This document shows, in pieces, positions 1 to 7,773 of a stretch of 64,000 bases of DNA; position 1 is the first letter of the stretch; the number at the start of each line of letters is the position of its first letter. Position numbers and translations under genes: made by a program. Origin of the DNA: Pseudomonadota bacterium (GTDB lineage: Bacteria > Desulfobacterota > Binatia > Binatales > Binataceae); NCBI GenBank assembly GCA_021324755.1, contig JAJPIL010000023.1:28138-92137 (forward strand), in the 5' to 3' direction. Under the pieces are notes generated by a model. That model saw only the letters and a list, made by a program, of their open reading frames with translations. It did not search any database and had not been told where the DNA came from.

Positions 1-767
1 GGTTTGTGCCGTTCAACGGAAACCCTCGCCTTGGAATCGAAAAGCATTTCATCAGGACGGGACTGAGTGCGCCCGACGACTGGGTTGCCGGTTGTCACTG
101 CATAGCGCCGAAATACATCGAGGCGATGGTGGAAACGAGCCGACAGAATCTTGGGCTTGAGACGATCGACATCTACTACTTGCACAACCCGGAGATTCAA
201 TTGGAGGCGGTCGATCGCGCGAAGTTCATGCGCAGGATGAGGGCTGCGTTCGAGGTGTTAGAAAAGAAGGTCGCGCAAGGAGAGATCGGCGTCTACGGAA
301 CCGCAACTTGGGCGGGTTATCGGGCTGACCCCGATGAGCCCGGATACTTATCGCTCGCCGAACTGGTGAAGCTGGCCGAGGAAGTGGCTGGCGCTGGCCA
401 TCACTTCAAGGTGATCCAGCTGCCGTACAATTTGGTGATGTTGGAAGCGCTCGGACGGGCGAATCAGCGGGTGGATAGTAAAGTCTGCTCGGTGCTCGAG
501 GCTGCCGAAGAGCTCGGGATCGGCGTGTGCGTGAGCGCTCCGTTGCTGCAAGGTCGACTAGCCCGCGGCTTGCCGTCGCAACTGGTAGCAAGATTTGCTG
601 GGTTGAGCTCGCATGCGCAATGCGCGCTCCAGTTCGTCCGCTCCACACCCGGAGTTGACGTGGCGCTGGTCGGGATGAAGTCCGAGCGGCACGTTCTCGA
701 AAGCCTTGAGTTGGCTAAACGGCCCCCGCTGAGCGAGGACGAGTTTGCGACGCTTTTCTCACAGTGA
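1..767 (+). CDS. aldo/keto reductase family oxidoreductase (5' end truncated by window start)
   Basis: ORF 6..767 in frame from the window edge. Typical AKR C-terminal region (conserved IQLPYNL-type motif, C-terminal SEDE tail). Confidence 0.75.
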   Translation, partial: FVPFNGNPRLGIEKHFIRTGLSAPDDWVAGCHCIAPKYIEAMVETSRQNLGLETIDIYYLHNPEIQLEAVDRAKFMRRMRAAFEVLEKKVAQGEIGVYGTATWAGYRADPDEPGYLSLAELVKLAEEVAGAGHHFKVIQLPYNLVMLEALGRANQRVDSKVCSVLEAAEELGIGVCVSAPLLQGRLARGLPSQLVARFAGLSSHAQCALQFVRSTPGVDVALVGMKSERHVLESLELAKRPPLSEDEFATLFSQ

Positions 768-1084
768 CTTGTCTGCGCCACGTAGGGCGAGCAATAGCGC
801 CCCTGTCGGCGTGATCACGCTGCAAAAAAGCGCTTGCGAGCTTGAGTGCGACGGAAAAGCTCATCGAGTTGAAAAGTTTGCGCGTAACTCGACAATCCTA
901 GGCCTTGCCTCGTTGCTTGGCGCGATCGTCTCGACAATGGCGCTTAAGCAAGAGCGTCGACGCGCCGATCCTCAAGCGCGCGTCCGAAGGAGCCTGGCGG
1001 CGCGCGCGCAGATCTCCCCGCCGGCAGGAGCCTCAGCGCAGCTCATGCTTCGGGGAAATAAATAACGGGCTAGAAATGAGAAGA

Positions 1085-1133
1085 GCCTTCGCTACTGGTG
1101 TATCGTCTGGAGGGCGAAGGTTTTGGCTTTTTG
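1085..1133 (+). terminator. terminator-like hairpin (CCTTCGC / GCGAAGG stem) followed by TTTTGGCTTTTTG
   Basis: 7-bp GC-rich inverted repeat at 1086-1092 and 1114-1120 with a T-rich tract 1121-1133. It lies inside the 780-bp non-coding gap between the AKR gene and the biotin carboxylase gene. Confidence 0.3.
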
Positions 1134-1544
1134 TACTGGAAGGTAGTATTGCAGTACGGACAAACACCTCGCGGCTCGCTGCCGGCACGGCGAACAAGGC
1201 GGGTGTAACGAACAGAACCGTCGCTGCACAGATGCGCGACGACAGGAAAATCATAAACGGTGCGAAGCACGGTTGCGTTCTGCGCCATCTAACCCTAGAG
1301 CTCCCTCATGTAAGAATGCCCTTATCGTTTATGCAGGCTCGCGTAGCGAGCTTTGCGTTTTTGTGGATTCCTAGCGTTTCAAGATAGTAAATTTCGAAAA
1401 TCAATCAATGCCTTTTCAACGAATAGTTGAAAAAAATTTGTTCGCGTTCGGTGACGCCTACTCCAGATCCCTTAGCTTGGGTTAATTGCTCGCCAGAAGG
1501 GGCGACGCGACTGTGGAGCAAGAGAGTCGCTTGGGTTTGGGTTC

Positions 1545-3035
1545 ATGAAAGAGATCAAAAAACTTCTCGTTGCCAATCGTGCCGAGATTGCGCTGCGCAT
1601 CATCCGGACCGCCAAGGCTTTGGGGATCAAGACGGTGGCGGTCTTCTCGGAGGCCGACAAAACGGCCGCGCACGTTGCAGCGGCGGATGAGGCCGTAAGC
1701 CTTGGCTCGCCGGAGGCTTCGCGAAGCTATCTCAATATCGCAGCGATCATCGATGCTGCCAGGCGGGTCAAGGCTGACGCGATTCATCCGGGCTATGGTT
1801 TCCTTTCTGAACGCGCCGACTTCGCGAAGGCTGTAGCCGACGCGGGGATCATCTTCGTCGGGCCGCCAGCTTCGGCGCTGGCGTTGGCCGGCGACAAAAT
1901 CGGCGCCCGCAAAATTGCTATGGAATGCGCAATTCCGGTGGTACCGGGAGGTGAGGTGGAAGATTTGTCCGCTGCTCGGGCACTGGCTGCGCGTTTGGGT
2001 TTCCCGGTCGTGGTCAAGGCTGCAGCCGGCGGCGGCGGACGAGGCATGCGTGTGGTCCGCGCCGAAACGGAGCTGGAAGAGGCGCTCGAAGCGGGCGCTC
2101 GAGAGGCTAAACAAGCCTTTGGCGACGGACGAGTCTACCTGGAGAAGTTTCTGGCGCGTCCGCGCCACGTGGAAGTTCAGCTTTTGTGCGACGCATATGG
2201 GCGCGTGGTCGTGCTAGGCGAGCGAGAATGCTCGGTTCAGCGCCGCCATCAGAAACTGATCGAAGAGTCGCCTTCGCCGGTGGTCGACGACGAACTGCGC
2301 AGTAAGATGGCGCAGGCCGCGATCAAGCTTGCTCAGCGCACGGGATATGTTAATGCAGGAACGGTGGAGTTTTTGCTCGACGGGCGGGAATTTTACTTTC
2401 TTGAAATCAACGCGCGCCTCCAGGTCGAGCATCCCGTGACCGAGCTTCGCTTCAACTGCGATCTCGTTGCCGAGCAGCTGAAGCTAGCTGCCGGCGAGCC
2501 CGTGCGCGACCGATGGGAGCCAAGGGGACACGCGCTCGAGTGTCGGATTTACGCCGAGGATCCCGAACTTGGGTTTCGGCCGGCCACGGGCGAGGTGCTC
2601 TACGTTCACAAGCCCGAAGGACCCGGCGTGCGCGTCGACTCGTGGATAGAGCCAGGCTCGCGCATCACTCCTTATTACGACGGCTTGCTCGCCAAAGTGA
2701 TTACCTACGGCGAAGACCGCGAGCAGGCGCGTCGCAGAATGGCGATCGCCCTTGAGGAGCTGGTACTCGCAGGAGTACCCCACACAGGAGGCTTTTTGCG
2801 CGACATCGTCCTTAGCGAACCCTTTATTCGGGGCGAACTTTCGACGCGACTAATTGACGAGCAGTTCGCGACGTGGCGTCCCGACCAGCAGGCCCTTCGG
2901 GTCGCCTTGGCAATGGCGGCGACGGCTTTTGTCCGGCGGATCGACCTAACTCAATCAGCTACCGGTCCAACTTTGAACAGGCGTGCCGACCGTTCACCCT
3001 GGGTCGAGCTGCGTGGGTTCGTTCCCTGGAGCTAA
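1545..3035 (+). CDS. accC: biotin carboxylase subunit of a biotin-dependent acyl-CoA carboxylase
   Basis: 496 aa with the ATP-grasp biotin carboxylase fold and GGGGRG P-loop. It has a ~45 aa C-terminal extension beyond the canonical BC domain. Its stop overlaps the start of the next gene (TAATG). Confidence 0.9.
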   Translation: MKEIKKLLVANRAEIALRIIRTAKALGIKTVAVFSEADKTAAHVAAADEAVSLGSPEASRSYLNIAAIIDAARRVKADAIHPGYGFLSERADFAKAVADAGIIFVGPPASALALAGDKIGARKIAMECAIPVVPGGEVEDLSAARALAARLGFPVVVKAAAGGGGRGMRVVRAETELEEALEAGAREAKQAFGDGRVYLEKFLARPRHVEVQLLCDAYGRVVVLGERECSVQRRHQKLIEESPSPVVDDELRSKMAQAAIKLAQRTGYVNAGTVEFLLDGREFYFLEINARLQVEHPVTELRFNCDLVAEQLKLAAGEPVRDRWEPRGHALECRIYAEDPELGFRPATGEVLYVHKPEGPGVRVDSWIEPGSRITPYYDGLLAKVITYGEDREQARRRMAIALEELVLAGVPHTGGFLRDIVLSEPFIRGELSTRLIDEQFATWRPDQQALRVALAMAATAFVRRIDLTQSATGPTLNRRADRSPWVELRGFVPWS

Positions 3036-3568
3036 TGGCGATGAAAATAGTTCGAAAAAATCAGACCGAAGAGCACGAACTTGAACTTGAGCGTGATCAA
3101 GGTGACCAAATTACGGCGCGGGTCGACGGTAGCTCTGTTGTTTTGACAATCCAAAGGCTCAGTGATGGTTCGTTTCTGGTGTCGGACGGTGAGCGCCGAT
3201 ACCGCGGGTTTGTTTGCCGAAGCGAATCAGGCGTGGAAGTGGCGATCGGCCCCTACCTTTTTAGCTTTACGCTCGAACAAGCGCGTGAGGTTCGCTCGCG
3301 CAGCACGCAGGTGGCGAGACCCGAAATTGTTGCTCCGATGCCGGGGCGGGTGGCTAAAGTTATGGTGGCAGAGGGCGACCGGGTCAGAAAAGGTCAGCCC
3401 GTGCTTGTGCTCGAGGCGATGAAGATGGAGCTCGTGCTCAGCGCCGAGGTGCCGGGCACGGTAACGAGGTTGCGCGTCACGGTCGGTACTCAGATAGAAG
3501 CCGGAGCCGTTTTAGTCGAAATCAAGCCTGACCTATCAACTCAACAAGCCGAGACCGAAGCCAGTTGA
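3035..3568 (+). CDS. biotin carboxyl carrier protein (BT-like N-domain plus biotinyl domain, EAMKM biotinylation motif)
   Basis: ATG at 3035 overlaps the upstream stop (TAATG), which suggests translational coupling. The C-terminal ~70 aa is a lipoyl/biotinyl domain with EAMKME. The N-terminal ~100 aa resembles the BT domain of PCC/MCC alpha subunits. The six-frame ORF (2873..3568) is open further upstream only by chance. Confidence 0.8.
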   Translation: MAMKIVRKNQTEEHELELERDQGDQITARVDGSSVVLTIQRLSDGSFLVSDGERRYRGFVCRSESGVEVAIGPYLFSFTLEQAREVRSRSTQVARPEIVAPMPGRVAKVMVAEGDRVRKGQPVLVLEAMKMELVLSAEVPGTVTRLRVTVGTQIEAGAVLVEIKPDLSTQQAETEAS

Positions 3569-3746
3569 GCCATGCCTCGAAATCCATCTCCGCGTCTACC
3601 ACGATTTCGTACTTGCCATTGGGAAGTTTGCGCACGGAACCGGGATGACTTGTGCGTAGCGGTATCACGACCGCCTCTCTGGAAAGCCCCAAAGGCTCGA
3701 TGATTGCGAAAATACGCTCGATTTCACGAAGAGTGATAGTTTTCAT
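3522..3746 (-). CDS. hypothetical small protein (74 aa)
   Basis: ORF with no recognisable motif. Its 3' end overlaps the end of the BCCP gene by 46 nt, so it may be spurious. Confidence 0.3.
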   Translation of the reverse strand: MKTITLREIERIFAIIEPLGLSREAVVIPLRTSHPGSVRKLPNGKYEIVVDAEMDFEAWLNWLRSRLVELIGQA

Positions 3747-3961
3747 CGCCTAGACTAGCACGCACAGCTACGACTACACTAAAAGAGCTCTGATCGAACG
3801 TTATTTCATAGCCGAAGCCGCGCTCAGCTTTTCAAACTTTTCAAAAATCTGTGCTTATCTTTGACGCGCTTCGGCTTGAAGGCAAGTATGTGCCTTTGTG
3901 ATACTAGCTTTTGGAGTCGCGCGTTAGCGCCAGGCGAAACCAACGTACGGGGGATTTGCCT

Positions 3962-4165
3962 ATGTACGGCACGATTAAAAAAATCGTGAGGGACAAGGGT
4001 TTCGGGTTCATCATCCCCGACGACGGAGGCGAGGAGGTCTTTTTCCATCGGTCGCGCCTGTCACCTAAGCTTTATTTCGAGGAGTTGCGCGAGGGAACCG
4101 AGGTGCAGTTCGAGGTGAGAAGCAGCGAGAAAGGCAGACAGGCTTATAATCTACGGCTTCGCTGA
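3962..4165 (+). CDS. cold-shock protein, CspA family
   Basis: 67 aa with the KGFGFI RNP1 motif and VFFH RNP2 motif. In-frame ATG at 3962 preceded by a GGGGGA Shine-Dalgarno; the longer ORF from 3911 is an upstream extension. Confidence 0.9.
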   Translation: MYGTIKKIVRDKGFGFIIPDDGGEEVFFHRSRLSPKLYFEELREGTEVQFEVRSSEKGRQAYNLRLR

Positions 4166-4233
4166 ACCAGGGCGGATTGAGCTTTTGCTGTCAAAGGAGC
4201 GCCGTTGAAGCATCGGTACTCTGATTCGACGCA

Positions 4234-4767
4234 ATGTCCACGCCTCAGCTGGAGGATTCGGTGACCCTCGCCGAGCATCACCGTCATCACCGCGAGCTCA
4301 AGCGCGCTCTGAGGCTGGGCGTGATAACGATCAGCGACACCCGCACACCAGAGACTGACGAGAGTGGCAAGCTGATAAAGGAACTTTTAGTCCAGGCTGG
4401 GCATCGAGTCGAGTATTACGAAATCCTTCCTGACGAGCCTCAACGGATCGTGCTTACGCTCCGTCGGCATTTGCCCCATCTAGACGGAATTATTACTAAC
4501 GGCGGCACCGGAATCGCACCAAGAGACACAACGTTCGACGCGGTTCGCCCTCTTTTGCAAAAGGAGCTCGAGGGCTTTGGCGAGCTGTTTCGGATGCTCT
4601 CGTATCAGGAGGTCGGACCCGCAGCTTTTCTTAGCCGGGCCGTAGCTGGCGTAAGCGAAGGAAAACTGCTCGTAGCGCTGCCGGGTGCTCCGAACGCCTG
4701 CAAACTTGCGATGGAGAAGCTGTTATTGCCGGAGCTCGGACATATCGCGTACCTTTTGGACCTGTAA
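4234..4767 (+). CDS. moaB: molybdenum cofactor biosynthesis protein MoaB/MogA family
   Basis: GGTGIAPRD motif of the MoaB/MogA fold, 177 aa. Confidence 0.85.
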   Translation: MSTPQLEDSVTLAEHHRHHRELKRALRLGVITISDTRTPETDESGKLIKELLVQAGHRVEYYEILPDEPQRIVLTLRRHLPHLDGIITNGGTGIAPRDTTFDAVRPLLQKELEGFGELFRMLSYQEVGPAAFLSRAVAGVSEGKLLVALPGAPNACKLAMEKLLLPELGHIAYLLDL

Positions 4768-5486
4768 TGCGATTGAGATTGAAGCTTTTCGCATCTTTGC
4801 GCGAGCGAGCTCGTTTTGGCGAGCTGGCGCGCGATTTTCCGGAAGGAATAAGCGTCGGCGAGATCTGGCGCGAGCTTTGCGCCGAGTTTCCTTCCTTGCA
4901 GGAAGCGAAAAATTCGGTGTCGTGCGCGGTAAACTACGAATACGTTGACTTCGCTTTCAAGCCGCGCGACGGCGACGAAGTGGCCTTCATCCCACCGGTG
5001 AGCGGCGGTACCGAGGACGTGGAGGTTCCCTGGGTTGGCACGGTGGCGATTGGCCCCGAACCGATCGAGGTTGGGCTGCTTGAGCGGGAAGTAAGCGAGC
5101 CGTCAGCCGGTGCGGTAGTGACTTTTTCGGGAACTACCCGCAACCACAACGCAGGCAGGCGTGTCCTGCGCCTGGAGTACGAAGCGTATCTGCCGATGGC
5201 ACTGCGCGAGATGCGCAAGATCGCGGCCGAGGCTGGCCATCGGTTCCGCATAACCAAGATCGCTATCCGCCATCGTATCGGTATGGTGGAAGTCGGCGAG
5301 GTTTCCGTCGCTATCGCGGTTGCTGCCCCCCATCGAGCCGAAGCCTTCGGAGCCTGTCGCTTTGCAATCGACCGCATCAAGGAGCTCGTTCCAATCTGGA
5401 AGAAGGAGTACTTCGAAGGCGGCGAGGTTTGGATCGGATGCCAGACGTCGCATCCGCCGCATATCGCTTCTGAAGATTGCCGTTAA
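4767..5486 (+). CDS. fused MoaD-MoaE molybdopterin synthase (sulfur-carrier domain ending in GG fused to the catalytic subunit)
   Basis: The N-terminal ~83 aa is ThiS/MoaD-like and ends in PPVSGG. The C-terminal ~150 aa is MoaE-like. It is one continuous 239-aa ORF. Confidence 0.8.
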   Translation: MRLRLKLFASLRERARFGELARDFPEGISVGEIWRELCAEFPSLQEAKNSVSCAVNYEYVDFAFKPRDGDEVAFIPPVSGGTEDVEVPWVGTVAIGPEPIEVGLLEREVSEPSAGAVVTFSGTTRNHNAGRRVLRLEYEAYLPMALREMRKIAAEAGHRFRITKIAIRHRIGMVEVGEVSVAIAVAAPHRAEAFGACRFAIDRIKELVPIWKKEYFEGGEVWIGCQTSHPPHIASEDCR

Positions 5487-5602
5487 CGGTTAACCGGAGA
5501 AGCATCAAGGATGGTAGGCATCTTGACGGCCGGACCCCTGCTGTTTTCGCTTTGGAATTATCGCTAAGCTAAGCGTACAATTCCGATGGAAAGTTAGGTT
5601 GA

Positions 5603-6640
5603 ATGACTACTACAAGTTCGCTTAAGGAACCGAAGTTGCAAGCGTCGTCTTTGGACGCGGTGTTAGCTAATCACATGGTTGAGAAAATAATTCTCGCCGA
5701 GCCGCGCGGATTTTGTGCCGGCGTAGAGCGAGCGGTCGAGGCGGTACGTTCCGCGCTAAAGATCTACGGCCGTCCGCTTTACGTACGCCATCAGATAGTG
5801 CACAACCGCTTTGTGCTCGAAGCGCTCGAGGCGGAGGGTGCGGTTTTCGTCGAGGATCTAGACGAAGTTCCGTACGGTCAGCGCGTTATCTTCAGCGCTC
5901 ACGGCGTTGCACCCAGCGAGTGGGACCATGCAAAAGAGCGGGGCCTTAAGGTTATCGATGCGACGTGTCCTTTAGTGACCAAAGTGCATCTTGAGGTCGA
6001 GCGGTACGCACGCGAGGGTCGCACGGTAATTCTGGTGGGCCATGCCGGTCACGAGGAAGTAAAGGGAACTTTAGGCGTCGCCCCAGGCAAGGTATTGCTG
6101 GTTGGCAGCGAAAAAGAGGCCGAGACCGTCCAGGTGCCCGATCCGTCGAGGGTTGCGGTGGTTACCCAGACCACGCTCAGTATCGACGACACGCGGCACA
6201 TTATCGAGGCTCTGAGGCGGCGATTCCCAGCGCTTGTCACCCCCAAGAGCGACGACATTTGCTATGCGACGCAGACCCGCCAGAACGCGGTCAAGGAACT
6301 TGCGCGTTTGACGGATGCGATTTTGGTGGTCGGCTCGCAACAAAGCTCGAACGCTAATCGACTGGTCGAGGTCGCCATAGCTCATGGCACTCGTTCGTTT
6401 TTGGTCGATTCGATCCGGGACTTGACGGCCGAGATGCTAGACGGGGTGAGAATTCTGGGTCTTACGGCCAGCGCGTCGTCACCGGAATGGTTGGTGGAAG
6501 AAATTGTCGACGCTTTTAAACGCCAAGGGACCAAGGTCGAGTTGCTAAGTGTGGCCAAAGAGCGAGTGCATTTCTTGCTACCAATGGCTGACGGCGAGCG
6601 CCTGAACGCTTGCGGCACTGCTGCGCGGAGCGCAAGTTAG
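5603..6640 (+). CDS. ispH: 4-hydroxy-3-methylbut-2-enyl diphosphate reductase (IspH/LytB)
   Basis: Conserved IspH N-terminal motif (FCAGVERAV) and the three-domain LytB architecture. The real start may be the internal Met near 5675. Confidence 0.9.
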   Translation: MTTTSSLKEPKLQASSLDAVLANHMVEKIILAEPRGFCAGVERAVEAVRSALKIYGRPLYVRHQIVHNRFVLEALEAEGAVFVEDLDEVPYGQRVIFSAHGVAPSEWDHAKERGLKVIDATCPLVTKVHLEVERYAREGRTVILVGHAGHEEVKGTLGVAPGKVLLVGSEKEAETVQVPDPSRVAVVTQTTLSIDDTRHIIEALRRRFPALVTPKSDDICYATQTRQNAVKELARLTDAILVVGSQQSSNANRLVEVAIAHGTRSFLVDSIRDLTAEMLDGVRILGLTASASSPEWLVEEIVDAFKRQGTKVELLSVAKERVHFLLPMADGERLNACGTAARSAS

Positions 6641-6659
6641 CCTTGAGCGTCGTTTATCG

Positions 6660-7334
6660 CTAGCGCGGAGAAGCTTTTGCGCAGTCGAAACACCTGAGCA
6701 GAGCAAGCGTAATTCGCAGCGTAAGACCCCAAATAACCCGACCTTCGTATGCGATGGCGGGATGCGCGCTTCGGCTTCCGTCGGGATGGTCGAAGTGGTA
6801 GGTAATCCGATACCCGGGGTCGCGCAAGACGCTTATCGGTACGCTGAAAACCTCCTCGACCTCCTGGGTGTTGGCAACGATGCCATCGAGCGAACTCAGC
6901 ACGCTGACGTAAGGCACGACCGCGACACCGCTTCGGCTTACCTCGAAGAAGGGAAGCCTGCCCAGGACCTCGACTCGTTGAGGAGAAAGGCCGATTTCTT
7001 CCTCTGCTTCCCGTAAAGCCGTCATAAGTAGATTCGGGTCGGTCGAATCCTGTTTGCCACCTGGAAAAGCTACTTCGCCTCGATGATGGGCAAGTCGCTT
7101 AGAGCGTTTGGTGTACAGTAATCGCAACTCGCCGTCGTGAATGAAAAGTGGCACTAGGACCGCGCCAAGTGCTCTTGGCCGAATCTCTGATCGCGCGGCA
7201 AGACGCAGCAGTTCCGAGACGAGTCTCTCGTCTTTGTCGTCTACATCTCGCTGGCGGCGAAAAAAAGCGCGCAGGCTTAAAAGCTCTTGCTCGGCTGAGT
7301 CTCTGAATTGAAGAATCTTGCCGTCTTCTCCCAA
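6660..7334 (-). CDS. NUDIX hydrolase, CoA pyrophosphatase type
   Basis: Nudix box GGKQDSTDPNLLMTALREAEEEIGL plus the LLYTKRS motif characteristic of CoA pyrophosphatases. Confidence 0.8.
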   Translation of the reverse strand: MGEDGKILQFRDSAEQELLSLRAFFRRQRDVDDKDERLVSELLRLAARSEIRPRALGAVLVPLFIHDGELRLLYTKRSKRLAHHRGEVAFPGGKQDSTDPNLLMTALREAEEEIGLSPQRVEVLGRLPFFEVSRSGVAVVPYVSVLSSLDGIVANTQEVEEVFSVPISVLRDPGYRITYHFDHPDGSRSAHPAIAYEGRVIWGLTLRITLALLRCFDCAKASPR

Positions 7335-7773
7335 AATCGTCTCTGACTTGTGACCGGTTGGAAGTAGTGAATCTGTCTTAATTTATCATACGATGGTCTA
7401 GCCGTTTTCGGGGACAAGCAATTTATCGTGCGTGCGCCGACCTTCCTGACTGGGCTGATTTATCTACACATAGCGCAATTTTTTCACCGGTTTAAGGACT
7501 TCTTCGCAGACTACCGGCCAGGCCAACGGACGGGCGTTTTCGCTTTGAGCTGCTTGTCCTACGTCGGAGCACGCCCGTTGATTGGCAAGTGCACCTTGAG
7601 GGTTGAAGTGGAATTTATGGCGGCCAATCCGGCTGGCACGTTTGTTGATAACGTGATCTAGGGGGGCTTTGCTGTAAGTAAAGTTAGCTGAATTTTGATA
7701 GATTGAGACTGTTGCGAGCGGGCGAATTCGAGTAAGAGCGATTACAAGGTTCCAAAGGTTTCTCCCAGCCACG

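Noticed and set aside
745-1387. ORFs 745..1065 and 905..1387 (+), and 1033..1288 (-)
   Set aside because: They overlap one another, are arginine-rich with no domain signal, and are typical GC-rich open-frame artefacts in an intergenic region.
1482-2168. 228-aa ORF antisense to accC, along with several other antisense ORFs inside long conserved genes (for example 8368..8862, 16709..17329, 37856..38443, 39716..40342, 52131..52580)
   Set aside because: Each lies entirely within a strongly supported gene on the opposite strand. Such shadow ORFs are expected at ~60% GC.
2873-3035. Apparent frameshift between the biotin carboxylase ORF (frame of 1545) and the overlapping ORF 2873..3568, suggesting a pseudogenised fused alpha subunit
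   Set aside because: The first ORF ends with TAA at 3033-3035, which overlaps an ATG at 3035-3037 (TAATG), a standard translational-coupling junction. The second gene's homology (BT-like domain) only begins after that ATG. Two coupled genes is therefore the simpler reading. A sequencing indel cannot be fully excluded.
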